Assembly: GCA_964462535.1 (NCBI GenBank)
Contig: CAYWXV010000001.1
Location: 354,175-418,174 of the forward strand
Length of the DNA stretch: 64,000 nt
Reading direction: 5' to 3'
From: an uncultured Alphaproteobacteria bacterium
GTDB taxonomy: Bacteria; Bacteroidota; Ignavibacteria; OLB7
Position 1 is the first letter of the stretch. Each line of letters opens with the position of its first letter. Positions 29,193-39,452 of the stretch are shown piece after piece. The translations under genes and the position numbers were made by a program. The notes under the pieces were generated by a model. That model searched no databases. It had not been told where the DNA came from and was given only the letters and a program-made list of their open reading frames with translations.

Positions 29193-30356
29193 ATGAAGTC
29201 ATTGACGCTACTTGCAGCCGCATTGCTGGTTCTTTCAACCGCCGGTTGTGGCAAGGAGGGCGATACGCCAAAGGGAGACGATGGCACTGGGCCGATCAAG
29301 ATTGGTCACTACGCCTCGCTCACAGGGGCTGAGGCAACGTTCGGGCAGCAGGTCGACAAAGGGATCAAGCTGGCAGTGGAAGAAATCAACGCTGCCGGGG
29401 GTATAAACGGTCGGAAGCTCGAGCTTATCACAGAGGATACACAATCCCAGACTCAGCCCTCCATCAACGCTGCCGAGAAGCTGATTGGCAAGGACAACGT
29501 GGTGTGTCTTCTTGGTGAAGTTGCCTCGAGCAGATCGCTTGCCGCAGCTGACGTAGCACAACGTTCCAAGGTCCCCATGCTGACCCCCGCCTCGACCAAT
29601 GCGAAGGTTACGCAGAAGGGAGACTACATCTTTCGTATCTGCTTCATCGACCCATTCCAAGGTGCTGTCATTGCGCGCTTTGTGGCCGAGAACCTGAAGG
29701 CCAAGAACGTGGCTATCCTGCGCGACCAGGGGAGCGACTATTCCGTTGGACTGGCGGACGGATTCATCACAAAATTCAAGGCGCTTGGAGGGACCGTTGT
29801 TGAGGAGCAGTCCTACGTCGGGACGGACAAGGACTTTCGAGCACAGTTGACGGCTATCAAGGCCAAGAACCCGGAAGCGATCATCATCCCCGGTTACTAT
29901 ACCTCCGTTGGTCTGATCGCAGCTCAGGCCCGCGAACTCGGCATAACCGTTCCACTGATCGGCGGAGATGGGTGGGATTCGCCGGAGCTGGCAACTGGAA
30001 GCGCGAAGGCAGCCCTTGAGGGATGCTTCTTCACGAACCACTACGCGTTTGACGACACGACAAAGCTGGTGCAGGACTTCAACGCGAAGTATCAAGCGAA
30101 GTGGAATGAGATCCCCGGCGCCATGTCGGCCCTCGGTTACGATGCGATGAACATTGTGGCGAAGATTATCAAGGATGCTGGTGGAAAGTCAGATCCGGAG
30201 ACCATCCGCACCGGCCTGGCCGCATTGAAGAATTACCCGGGCGTAACGGGCGCCATCTCGATCAATCCTGAACGAAACGCGTCCAAGTCGGTAGTGGTGA
30301 TCCAGATAAAGGACGGCAAGTTCACCTACTACACCAAGTTCGACCCCGAGAGCTGA
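29193..30356 (+). CDS. branched-chain amino acid ABC transporter substrate-binding lipoprotein
   Basis: Lipoprotein signal LSTAGC. LivJ/LivK-type periplasmic binding fold pattern. First gene of a livHMGF operon. Confidence 0.85.
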   Translation: MKSLTLLAAALLVLSTAGCGKEGDTPKGDDGTGPIKIGHYASLTGAEATFGQQVDKGIKLAVEEINAAGGINGRKLELITEDTQSQTQPSINAAEKLIGKDNVVCLLGEVASSRSLAAADVAQRSKVPMLTPASTNAKVTQKGDYIFRICFIDPFQGAVIARFVAENLKAKNVAILRDQGSDYSVGLADGFITKFKALGGTVVEEQSYVGTDKDFRAQLTAIKAKNPEAIIIPGYYTSVGLIAAQARELGITVPLIGGDGWDSPELATGSAKAALEGCFFTNHYAFDDTTKLVQDFNAKYQAKWNEIPGAMSALGYDAMNIVAKIIKDAGGKSDPETIRTGLAALKNYPGVTGAISINPERNASKSVVVIQIKDGKFTYYTKFDPES

Positions 30357-30402
30357 GTCGCAGGAAACATTCACGCCCTCGTCACGCGGCGCGCCCCGAA
30401 CA

Positions 30403-31311
30403 ATGAGCGAATTCCTGCAACAGCTTCTTAATGGTCTGACGCTTGGAGCGATCTACGCTCTGATAGCGCTTGGCTATACGATGATCTACGGTGTCCTGCG
30501 CTTCATCAACTTTGCGCATGGCGATGTGTTCATGGTTGGTGCCTACGTTGGGTTCTTTGTCTTCCCCTCCATCGCGTCGGCCGTTGGAGAGGGATATCTC
30601 GCCGCGATCCTGGTTCTGATCGCCTCGATGATCGCCTGCGGACTACTGGGTGTGACAATCGAGTACCTCGCCTACCGCCCTCTCCGATCTCGTCCGAAGC
30701 TGACCGTTCTGATTACCGCAATCGGCGTCTCTCTGTTTCTGGAATACACTGGACAGCTCCCTATCGTGTTCGGTGCGGAGTACCGCACGTACCCGACTCT
30801 TGTCGAGAACACGGCGGTCGCCTCGGTTGGCGACGTTCAGATCGGAAGCGTTGCCGTAATCCTGCTGGGAACTGCGATTGGTCTGATGCTCCTTCTCCGT
30901 GTAATCGTGATGCGGACGAAGATCGGAACAGCACTGCGCGCTGTGTCGATGAACATCAACGCCGCGGCACTGATGGGAATCAACACAAACAGTGTTATCT
31001 CCTTCACGTTCTTCGTTGGGTCCGCACTTGCTGGAGCTGGGGCAACGCTCTACGCGGTCAGCTATCCGAAGATCGATCCGTTGATGGGGATCATGCCGGG
31101 ACTGAAGGCGTTCGTCGCCGCCGTTCTCGGTGGAATCGGCAACATACCTGGCGCCGCGTTGGGCGGTTTCATTATTGGTATTCTGGAGACGCTGACAGCG
31201 GGGTATGTCGATCCGAACTTTCGTGACGCAATCGTCTTCGCCGTTCTGATCGTGATCCTGATCGTCAGGCCGTCAGGACTCCTTGGGCGCGCGGGAGGTG
31301 AGAAGGTATGA
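30403..31311 (+). CDS. livH: branched-chain amino acid ABC transporter permease LivH
   Basis: 302 aa with 8-10 TM helices and a LivH-like pattern. Confidence 0.85.
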   Translation: MSEFLQQLLNGLTLGAIYALIALGYTMIYGVLRFINFAHGDVFMVGAYVGFFVFPSIASAVGEGYLAAILVLIASMIACGLLGVTIEYLAYRPLRSRPKLTVLITAIGVSLFLEYTGQLPIVFGAEYRTYPTLVENTAVASVGDVQIGSVAVILLGTAIGLMLLLRVIVMRTKIGTALRAVSMNINAAALMGINTNSVISFTFFVGSALAGAGATLYAVSYPKIDPLMGIMPGLKAFVAAVLGGIGNIPGAALGGFIIGILETLTAGYVDPNFRDAIVFAVLIVILIVRPSGLLGRAGGEKV

Positions 31312-32318
31312 GTGCTGCAGTTCGTCCTTACATCTACCTGCTTGCTGGCGTTGTCGTTGTAGTCCTTCTCTCCTTCGCGACATCGGGTCTCAATTTCTAC
31401 GATCAGCGCATCGTCATCACGATCGGGATTTCGATGATCCTCGCGACGTCGTTGAATCTCATCAACGGCTTCACGGGACAGTTCTCGCTGGGCCACGCCG
31501 GCTTCATGTCGATCGGCGCGTACGCTTCAGCCTCGTTGTCGACGATGCTCCTCCCGGCTCTCGGCGTCGAACTGGATGGCGGACTTACAGGGGGCGTCGC
31601 CTTCCTGCTTCTACTCATAGGTGGAGGCGTAGCCGCGGCCATCGCCGGGCTACTAGTTGGCATTCCGTCCCTTCGGTTGAAGGGTGATTACCTGGCGATC
31701 GTCACGCTTGGCTTTGGAGAGATCATTCGCGTCGTTCTCCAGAACGTCAACACAGGTTCCATAGCTGGTCCGCTTGGCATTTCAAGTATCCCCCACGTAA
31801 CGACATTCCTCTGGGTCTTCTCTCTCCTCATCGTGGTCGTGTTTCTGATCCAGATGATCATGCGAACGACGTACGGCAAAGGGTTTCTGGCGGTGCGTGA
31901 TGATGAGATTGCGGCCGAGTCGCTTGGTATCGACACTACACGCTACAAGGTGGTCGCCTTTGTCGTTGGTGCTTTCTTTGCGGGGATGGCCGGCGGGCTT
32001 TACGCGCACTACAATGGCCTGATCCGGCCCGACGACTTCAACTTTCTGAAGTCTGTCGAGATTGTCGTGATGGTGATCCTCGGAGGGATGGGATCCACGT
32101 GGGGGGTCATCTTTGCTGCCGCCATTCTAACCTACCTCCCGGAGTGGCTGCGGGGCATCAAGATCGGCGAGCTGAATCTTGGGGATTTCCGAATGACGAT
32201 CTACGCGCTCGTGTTGATCATTCTGATGATAGTGAGACCTCAAGGACTCTTCGGGGGGGGTACGTTCGCGGCTGCTTTGGAACGGTTCCGGAAGAAGCGA
32301 ACCGCTCCCTCTCATTAA
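31308..32318 (+). CDS. livM: branched-chain amino acid ABC transporter permease LivM
   Basis: 336 aa polytopic permease. Overlaps livH by 4 nt. Confidence 0.85.
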   Translation: MSAAVRPYIYLLAGVVVVVLLSFATSGLNFYDQRIVITIGISMILATSLNLINGFTGQFSLGHAGFMSIGAYASASLSTMLLPALGVELDGGLTGGVAFLLLLIGGGVAAAIAGLLVGIPSLRLKGDYLAIVTLGFGEIIRVVLQNVNTGSIAGPLGISSIPHVTTFLWVFSLLIVVVFLIQMIMRTTYGKGFLAVRDDEIAAESLGIDTTRYKVVAFVVGAFFAGMAGGLYAHYNGLIRPDDFNFLKSVEIVVMVILGGMGSTWGVIFAAAILTYLPEWLRGIKIGELNLGDFRMTIYALVLIILMIVRPQGLFGGGTFAAALERFRKKRTAPSH

Positions 32319-32338
32319 AACCCAATGCCTTCCACGTC

Positions 32339-33106
32339 GTGGCTCTCCTCCAGCTTGAAGACATAACGATGAGGTTCGGTGGCCTGACTGCCGTAGGGAA
32401 CTTCAGCGAAACGGTCGAGGAGAACGCGTTGCTCGGTCTGATCGGCCCTAACGGTGCCGGAAAGACCACCATCTTCAACGTCATCACCGGCGTGTACGCT
32501 CCGACGGAAGGACGCCTTACATTCAACGACCGCACCATTGCCGGGCATCGTCCGTCGCAGATTGCCGTCGCAGGTATCGCCAGGACATTCCAGAACATTC
32601 GCCTCTTCCCCAGCCTCACGGTATCTCAGAACATTCAGGTTGGCTTCAACAAGATTGCCAGAACACGCTTCTTCGGCGCGATCGTGCAGACAGCTTCGTA
32701 CCACGCAGAGGAGCGTGAGTTCAGCCGGAAGTCTGACGAGCTACTCGACATGTTCGGATTGCTGGATGCACGCGGGGAACTCGCTCGTAACCTCAGTTAT
32801 GGCGACCAACGTCGCGTTGAAATAGTGCGTGCAATGGCGACCAATCCGAAACTCCTCCTGCTTGACGAACCAGCCGCCGGAATGAACCCCACGGAGAAGG
32901 CTGACCTGATGGGCCTGATACGATACCTGCGTGCGCAATTCGGTGTGGCCATCATGTTGATTGAGCACGACATGAAGGTCGTCATGGGGATATGCGAGAG
33001 GGTTACCGTTCTCGACTACGGCGTGAAGATCGCCTCGGGCACGCCGGAGGAGGTGAAAAGCAATCCCCGCGTCGTGGAGGCCTATCTGGGGGAGTCCTCA
33101 ACGTAG
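32339..33106 (+). CDS. livG: branched-chain amino acid ABC transporter ATP-binding protein LivG
   Basis: Walker A GPNGAGKTT, signature LSYGDQRRVEI, Walker B LLLLDEP. The ORF-track start at 32099 lies inside livM, so the start is trimmed to the in-frame GTG at 32339 (VALLQLEDITMRFGG). Confidence 0.85.
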   Translation: MALLQLEDITMRFGGLTAVGNFSETVEENALLGLIGPNGAGKTTIFNVITGVYAPTEGRLTFNDRTIAGHRPSQIAVAGIARTFQNIRLFPSLTVSQNIQVGFNKIARTRFFGAIVQTASYHAEEREFSRKSDELLDMFGLLDARGELARNLSYGDQRRVEIVRAMATNPKLLLLDEPAAGMNPTEKADLMGLIRYLRAQFGVAIMLIEHDMKVVMGICERVTVLDYGVKIASGTPEEVKSNPRVVEAYLGESST

Positions 33107-33263
33107 TCGTTCATCGGGTGTCGCTGGGGCCAGCGTTGCCGTTTGAGACGGTGGGCATATGGTCAGAGCTATAGGATGAACCTACCCATTCGCTTCGCCC
33201 GATCACGGCGTCCATGAATATCCGACACACTCCTGCGGCCGCACGCCGCAGCAATACTCGCCC

Positions 33264-33971
33264 ATGCTCCAGGTAGAATCTCTCTCGGTCAGCTATGGCG
33301 CCATTTCGGCGCTCAAGGGAATCAGCTTCACGGTTCCTGATAGGTCGATCGTGACTCTGATTGGTGCGAACGGGGCGGGCAAGACGACAACACTGCGCAC
33401 GATCTCGGGACTCGTTCCTGCTCTCTCCGGTCGTATTGTGTTTAACGGCGAGGACATTCTGAATCGTCCCCCCCACCTGGTCGTCGCGCGTGGTATCAGC
33501 CAGTCCCCTGAAGGGAGAATGATCTTCCCCGGTTTGAGCGTTCAGGAGAATCTGATGCTTGGGGCGTACCTGAGGAAGGATCGGGTGGAAATAGATCGCG
33601 ACCTCGAGTATTGCTACACCATCTTCCCCAGGCTTAAGGAACGGATGAAGCAGGCCGGCGGGACCTTGTCGGGAGGCGAGCAACAGATGCTGGCGATAGC
33701 ACGTGCTCTGATGTCGCGGCCGAAGGTGCTGCTGCTGGACGAACCAAGTCTCGGTATTGCGCCAATACTCGTGAAGCTGATCTTCGAGAAGGTGGTTGAG
33801 ATCAACCGTGACCTCGGGACGACGATTCTGCTGGTCGAACAGAACGCGAACATGGCGTTACAAACCGCCTCGTACGCCTACGTCCTGGAAACGGGCGAGA
33901 TAACTATCGAAGGACCGGCGAGCGATCTGGCCTCAAACGAAGAAGTCCAAAAAGCCTACCTTGGCATGTAG
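33264..33971 (+). CDS. livF: branched-chain amino acid ABC transporter ATP-binding protein LivF
   Basis: Walker A GANGAGKTT, signature LSGGEQQMLAIARAL, Walker B LLLLDEPS. Confidence 0.9.
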   Translation: MLQVESLSVSYGAISALKGISFTVPDRSIVTLIGANGAGKTTTLRTISGLVPALSGRIVFNGEDILNRPPHLVVARGISQSPEGRMIFPGLSVQENLMLGAYLRKDRVEIDRDLEYCYTIFPRLKERMKQAGGTLSGGEQQMLAIARALMSRPKVLLLDEPSLGIAPILVKLIFEKVVEINRDLGTTILLVEQNANMALQTASYAYVLETGEITIEGPASDLASNEEVQKAYLGM

Positions 33972-34736
33972 ATGACCGTGTCGTCCGGTTCGGCTCCAAC
34001 CTCCACGCTACTCGACCCATCACGGATCGCGCGCGCCAAAGCGACGCATCGCGTAGCCGTCATTATCCCTGCATACAACGAAGAGCAGTCGATCGGGAAC
34101 GTGATTGCAGCGATCCCCGACGGACTTGTGGACGAGGTAATCGTCGTTGACAACGGATCGACGGATTCAACCTCATCCGTCGCACGCATGGCCGGGGCAA
34201 CGATTGTGACAGAAGCTCGCCGGGGTTACGGGTCGGCGTGTCTGGCCGGTCTCAAGTACGTCTACTCAAGAGATATTGACGTCGTTGTGTTCCTGGACGG
34301 TGACTTCTCGGATCACCCCGAAGAGATGACACTTCTCATAGAGGACCTGACGGTGAACCGCAGCGAGCTGGTCATAGGATCGAGGACCGCATCCGCGCGA
34401 AGCACGGGGGCGATTCCCCCACATGCCAGGTTCGGCAATTGGCTGGCGACTCGGCTGCTCCGGCTTGTGTGGGGTGTCGCGTATACAGATCTGGGTCCGT
34501 TCCGGGCAGTACGTGTCGCTCCCCTTCAGCGCCTTGGCATGCGCGACACGAACTTCGGATGGACCGTTGAGATGCAGGCGCGCGCCGCCCGTATCGGCCT
34601 GCGCCATTCGGAGATTCCGGTGAGCTATCGACATCGCATTGGCGAGTCCAAGATCAGCGGCACCATTGTCGGGTCGGTTCGTGCCGGCTGGAAAATCCTG
34701 TACACCATCGCCCGTGTAGCGCTTGAGCGGAAATAA
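33972..34736 (+). CDS. glycosyltransferase family 2 (DPM1/ArnC-like)
   Basis: VAVIIPAYNEEQSIG...VVDNGSTDST...DGDFS are GT-A/DxD hallmarks. Confidence 0.8.
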   Translation: MTVSSGSAPTSTLLDPSRIARAKATHRVAVIIPAYNEEQSIGNVIAAIPDGLVDEVIVVDNGSTDSTSSVARMAGATIVTEARRGYGSACLAGLKYVYSRDIDVVVFLDGDFSDHPEEMTLLIEDLTVNRSELVIGSRTASARSTGAIPPHARFGNWLATRLLRLVWGVAYTDLGPFRAVRVAPLQRLGMRDTNFGWTVEMQARAARIGLRHSEIPVSYRHRIGESKISGTIVGSVRAGWKILYTIARVALERK

Positions 34737-34741
34737 AGGCA

Positions 34742-37700
34742 ATGCCAGAATTCATTCATCTCCATAATCACACCCACTATTCACTCCTCGACGGTGCATG
34801 CACCGTAGACGGACTGATTGATGCCGCCCTTGCGAACAACATGTCGTCGGTCGCACTGACCGACCATGGTGTCAACTTCGGGTTGATGGAGTTCTACAAG
34901 AAGGCGAAGAAGCGTGGTGTTCGACCCATACTGGGCTGTGAGGTCTACGTGGCCGAGGAATCCCGCTTCACACACCAGGCCACGAACCGTGCAACCGGCA
35001 AGCGCAACTACTATCACCTGATCCTCCTTGCCAAGAGCTTTGAGGGCTATCAGAACCTGAATCGCCTGACAAGTCGCGCTCACACGGAGGGCTTTTACTA
35101 CAAACCGCGCGTGGATCGCGAGCTACTCGCGGAACTGAAAGATGGGTTGATCGCCCTCTCCGCCTGCGCAGGCGGTGTGGTTTCAGCCCATCTGGTTTCC
35201 GGCGACTACGATCGCGCTCGCGAGGCCGCGATCTGGTATCGTGACACATTCGGAAGCGATTTCTTCCTGGAGCTTCAAGATCATGGTATTCCCGTCGATC
35301 CTCCGGTGTTGGAGGGGATACCAAGGTTGTCCGCCGAGCTCGGCATACCAATGGTGGCGACAAACGACTGCCACTATATCGATCGCGAGCACGCTGTCGC
35401 CCACAACGTGCTGCTCCACATTCGAGATTCCAGCAAGAGTGGCGCGCTCGTCGACGTTGAGTCGGAGCTTCGATACGGCGCACCGAACTTCTATTTCAAG
35501 TCCGCGGATGAGATGGCGAGTCTCTTCCGGAGGCATCCCGAGGCAATCGAGAACACGCTGGCAATCGCGGAAAAGTGCAACGTAGAAATCCCCAACGGCT
35601 TCTACATGCCCCGCTTCCCCATCCCGGCCGACTCCAACGCGAAAAGCCTCGAGGACTACATCGTCGAGTTGACATGGAAAGGGATGGGGCGACGATATGC
35701 CCAGATCGACTCCGATCTGCGCCAGCGGACCGATTTCGAACTCTCGGTCATCAACTCGATGGGGTTTGCGGGGTACTTCCTCATTGTGCAGGACTTCATC
35801 GCCGCGGCCCGCGCACAAGGCGTCTCTGTTGGACCGGGACGCGGTAGCGCCGCAGGGAGCGTTGTCGCATACGCGCTCGGGATCACGAACATCGACCCGA
35901 TCAAATACGACCTTCTGTTCGAACGCTTCCTCAACCCCGACCGCATATCGATGCCCGACATCGACATCGATTTTGCCGATGACAAACGCGAGAAGGTGAT
36001 CGACTATGTGAAGCAGAAGTATGGTGAGGAGGCGGTGTCGCAGATTATCACGTTCGGAACACTTTCGTCCCGTGCCGTTCTGAAGGACGTTGGTCGCGTT
36101 CTTGGCATTCCCCTATCGACGATCAACTCAATCACGGACAAGATCGAGGTGAAGTTCGGCAAGGTGACGCCACTGAAAGAGGCGATCGAGACGGCAGAGC
36201 TCCGATGGGTGAAGGAGTCGGCAGACCCCCAACTCCGGAAGTTGATCACGTACTCCACAGTACTCGAAGGGTTCAACCGTAACGCCTCGCTCCATGCTGC
36301 CGGCGTTGTGATAGCCCCAGGTCCACTCGAGGATTACATTCCACTCTACAAGACGCCTGATTCAGGGCTTGCCTCGCAATACCAGATGAAGTATCTGGAA
36401 GAGGCAGGTCTGTTGAAGATGGATTTCCTCGGGTTGCGGACGCTCACGATTATCGACACGACCGTGGAACTTGTCCGGCAACGACATGGTGTTGAGATCG
36501 ATATCGACGCGATCCCGCTGGACGACGAGAAGACCTACGAGCTCTTTGGCAACGGACTTACAACGGCAATCTTTCAGTTCGAATCTCCGCCGATGCAGAA
36601 GTACCTGCGGGAGCTGAAACCATCGGTGATCGAGGACCTGATAGCCATGAACGCCCTGTACAGACCGGGGCCAATGGACAACATTCCCGATTTCATTGAC
36701 CGGAAGAGGGGTCGCAAGCCGATTGAGTACCTCCACCCGATGCTCGAACCGATCCTGAGCAAGACGTACGGCGTCTGCGCGTATCAGGAGCAGGTGATGC
36801 AGATCGCACAGCAGGTCGGAGGGCTCACTCTTGCTCAGGCGGATTCACTCCGCCGAGCCATGGGCAAGAAGAACATCGGGGAGATGGAAGGGATGATGCC
36901 CGCCTACTTCGAGGGGTGTGGTTCCAAGGGCATTGACAAGAAGACGGCCGAGGCGATCTGGGACATGATGCTCAAGTTCGCCAACTACGGATTCAACAAA
37001 TCGCATTCGGCAGCCTATGCCTACATCGCGTATCAAACAGCGTGGTTGAAGGCGAACTACACCGCCGAGTTCATGGCGGCCAACATGACCGCGGAGTCCG
37101 GTACCCTTGAGAAGGTAGTCAAGCTGATCGACGACTGCAGGCGTTTCGACATTCGCGTCCTCCCTCCGGATGTGAACGAGTCACAGCAGGATTTCAGCGT
37201 CACCGACGCCGGTATTCGATTCGGGCTGGCGGCGATCAGGAATGTTGGTGGAAACGCGGTCGCGGCAATCATTAGCGAACGATCAGCTAGCGGACCGTTC
37301 ACGACCCTGTTCAATTTCACGCGGAGAATGGCCTCGACCCCCCTTGTCAACAAGAGGCTTGTGGAGAGTCTTGTGCTTTCGGGCGCGTTCGACGGATCGG
37401 GCTTTAACAGGCGTGCTAACTTCGAGGCGATCGATGCAGCCGTGAATTACGCTTCGGCGTGTGCAAGCACCCGGGCCACGGGTATGACCTCACTGTTCGC
37501 CAGTGAGGACGAGGATTCCGACGTCGCCATACCGGAACCCCCGATGACGGACCTCCCCGAGTGGCCCAGAATGGAGCGTCTCCGACGGGAGAAGGATGTT
37601 CTCAACTTCTACGTCAGTGGACACCCGCTTCAGGACTACGAATTGGAGGTTGAAGCATTCTCTCAGCTACGATTGGGAGAGTCCACGGATGAGTCGTCGG

Positions 37701-38212
37701 TCCAGAATGCCGTCAGGGTGTGTGGCATCATATCAGCTGTCCGGACGAAGCTTGACAAGCGGGAGAACACGATAGCCTTTGTCGGCATCGAGGACTTCTC
37801 GGGAAAAGGGGAGGTCGTATTCTGGAGCGACGCCTACCGGAAATTTGCGCCTTTACTGACCGTCGGTGAGGTGATCTTCGTAATTGGCAAGGCTGAATCG
37901 AACGGATCGGAAGGGTTGAAGATCATTGCGGATGATGTGATCCCCGTGCGAGATGCCTCGGGACGTTTCGCAAATGCCATCGTCATCTCTGTAGAGTTGA
38001 ACACACTTGACGAATCAGCGGCCGTCGCTACGCGAGACCTCTTTCGCCAGAATCAAGGCGACCTGCAGTGCATCTTCCGCGTCTACAACGAGAACCGTGA
38101 GCTGTCGCGCAAGTATGTTGCAAGAAACTACACCGTCTCGCCGACCAAGGATTTGATCGATGGTCTGCGAAGCCTTTATGGCCGAGCAAATGTTGCACTG
38201 GTCGGTGCATAG
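34742..38212 (+). CDS. dnaE: DNA polymerase III subunit alpha
   Basis: 1156 aa. N-terminal PHP domain (HLHNHTHYSLLDGA), polymerase core, and an OB domain near the C-terminus. Confidence 0.95.
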   Translation: MPEFIHLHNHTHYSLLDGACTVDGLIDAALANNMSSVALTDHGVNFGLMEFYKKAKKRGVRPILGCEVYVAEESRFTHQATNRATGKRNYYHLILLAKSFEGYQNLNRLTSRAHTEGFYYKPRVDRELLAELKDGLIALSACAGGVVSAHLVSGDYDRAREAAIWYRDTFGSDFFLELQDHGIPVDPPVLEGIPRLSAELGIPMVATNDCHYIDREHAVAHNVLLHIRDSSKSGALVDVESELRYGAPNFYFKSADEMASLFRRHPEAIENTLAIAEKCNVEIPNGFYMPRFPIPADSNAKSLEDYIVELTWKGMGRRYAQIDSDLRQRTDFELSVINSMGFAGYFLIVQDFIAAARAQGVSVGPGRGSAAGSVVAYALGITNIDPIKYDLLFERFLNPDRISMPDIDIDFADDKREKVIDYVKQKYGEEAVSQIITFGTLSSRAVLKDVGRVLGIPLSTINSITDKIEVKFGKVTPLKEAIETAELRWVKESADPQLRKLITYSTVLEGFNRNASLHAAGVVIAPGPLEDYIPLYKTPDSGLASQYQMKYLEEAGLLKMDFLGLRTLTIIDTTVELVRQRHGVEIDIDAIPLDDEKTYELFGNGLTTAIFQFESPPMQKYLRELKPSVIEDLIAMNALYRPGPMDNIPDFIDRKRGRKPIEYLHPMLEPILSKTYGVCAYQEQVMQIAQQVGGLTLAQADSLRRAMGKKNIGEMEGMMPAYFEGCGSKGIDKKTAEAIWDMMLKFANYGFNKSHSAAYAYIAYQTAWLKANYTAEFMAANMTAESGTLEKVVKLIDDCRRFDIRVLPPDVNESQQDFSVTDAGIRFGLAAIRNVGGNAVAAIISERSASGPFTTLFNFTRRMASTPLVNKRLVESLVLSGAFDGSGFNRRANFEAIDAAVNYASACASTRATGMTSLFASEDEDSDVAIPEPPMTDLPEWPRMERLRREKDVLNFYVSGHPLQDYELEVEAFSQLRLGESTDESSVQNAVRVCGIISAVRTKLDKRENTIAFVGIEDFSGKGEVVFWSDAYRKFAPLLTVGEVIFVIGKAESNGSEGLKIIADDVIPVRDASGRFANAIVISVELNTLDESAAVATRDLFRQNQGDLQCIFRVYNENRELSRKYVARNYTVSPTKDLIDGLRSLYGRANVALVGA

Positions 38213-38241
38213 AATTGCATAACACACCAACTCCGTCATCC

Positions 38242-39438
38242 ATGGCCGTGTCCGGAATGCTCCACATTTCCCGCCGAGCGCTGTCGATCCAGGAATCGGC
38301 CACGCTGGCAATTGCTGCAGAAGCAAAACGTATGTCGGCAGCTGGCATCGACGTCGTCTCCCTCAGCACCGGGGAGCCGGACTTTCCAACCCCCGATGTT
38401 GTAAAGCGGGCAGCCATCGAGGCGATACACAGCAACTTCACGCACTACACGCAGTCGGATGGAATGCCGGTACTGCGCGAGGCTGTGGCAAGAAAATTTG
38501 AGACCGAGAACAGTATCCCGACAACGGCAGACAGGGTAATAATCACGTGTGGTGGGAAGCATGCGCTCCATTCGACGATCATGGCGATCGTAGACGATGG
38601 GGACGAGGTATTGATCCCGGCACCCTACTGGACCAGCTATCCGGATCTGGTCCTGTTGGCCGGTGGCGTTCCAATCATCTTGCCAACCACCGAGGCCGAC
38701 CGGTACAAGATCAGCGTTGACAAGCTTGCTGCGGCCAGCTCAGAGCGCACGCGCGCGCTGATAATCAACTCGCCGTCAAATCCCACCGGCGTCATGTACG
38801 ATCAGGAGGAACTGGAGGCGATTGGACGGTGGGCGGCCGACAATGGCGTGGTCGTCATTTCGGACGAGCTGTACGAAAGGATCATCTACGACGGACGAAG
38901 ACATTTTTCGATCGGTTCGATGCCCGAGCTCCGTGATCTTGCCGTGACTGTTAACGGTGTATCAAAAGCCTACTCGATGACAGGGTGGCGAATCGGGTTC
39001 ATGACCGGACCAGCCGAGATTGTGGCGGCCGTGAGTAGAATCCAGAGTCAGGCGACATCTAATCCCTGTTCAATTAGCCAGGCAGCATCGTTGGCAGCGC
39101 TCACCAAGACGACGGACGAGGTCGAGCGAATGCGAGCGACCTTTGCGGAGAGACGCGACCTGGCAATTCGGACTGCCCGCGATATTCCCGACGTGACCTT
39201 TCCCACGCCCGACGGTGCCTTCTATCTCCTGATCGATGTCACCAGACACCTGGGCAATGCGGCCGCGGACGACAGTGCACTCTCACGCCACTTGCTGTCG
39301 CGGCATCATGTTGCTGTGGTTCCCGGAACGGCGTTTGGCGCACCAGGTACGATTCGCATGTCGTATGCATGCAGTGACCGTGACATCGTCGAGGGGTTGC
39401 GGCGGGTCAGGCGCGGCATCGAAGAGCTCTCGCAGTAG
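38242..39438 (+). CDS. pyridoxal-phosphate-dependent aminotransferase, class I (aspartate aminotransferase-like)
   Basis: GEPDFPTP, the PLP-lysine region NGVSKAYSMTGWRIG and the NPTG motif. The ORF-track start at 38215 is a TTG; start trimmed to the ATG at 38242. Confidence 0.85.
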   Translation: MAVSGMLHISRRALSIQESATLAIAAEAKRMSAAGIDVVSLSTGEPDFPTPDVVKRAAIEAIHSNFTHYTQSDGMPVLREAVARKFETENSIPTTADRVIITCGGKHALHSTIMAIVDDGDEVLIPAPYWTSYPDLVLLAGGVPIILPTTEADRYKISVDKLAAASSERTRALIINSPSNPTGVMYDQEELEAIGRWAADNGVVVISDELYERIIYDGRRHFSIGSMPELRDLAVTVNGVSKAYSMTGWRIGFMTGPAEIVAAVSRIQSQATSNPCSISQAASLAALTKTTDEVERMRATFAERRDLAIRTARDIPDVTFPTPDGAFYLLIDVTRHLGNAAADDSALSRHLLSRHHVAVVPGTAFGAPGTIRMSYACSDRDIVEGLRRVRRGIEELSQ

Positions 39439-39452
39439 TGCCGTTGCCGTCG

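Noticed and set aside
29235-30095. 286-aa ORF antisense to the Liv substrate-binding protein gene
   Set aside because: Antisense artefact. The sense frame is a clear LivJ-type binding protein.
35183-35818. 211-aa ORF antisense to dnaE
   Set aside because: Antisense artefact inside a highly conserved gene.
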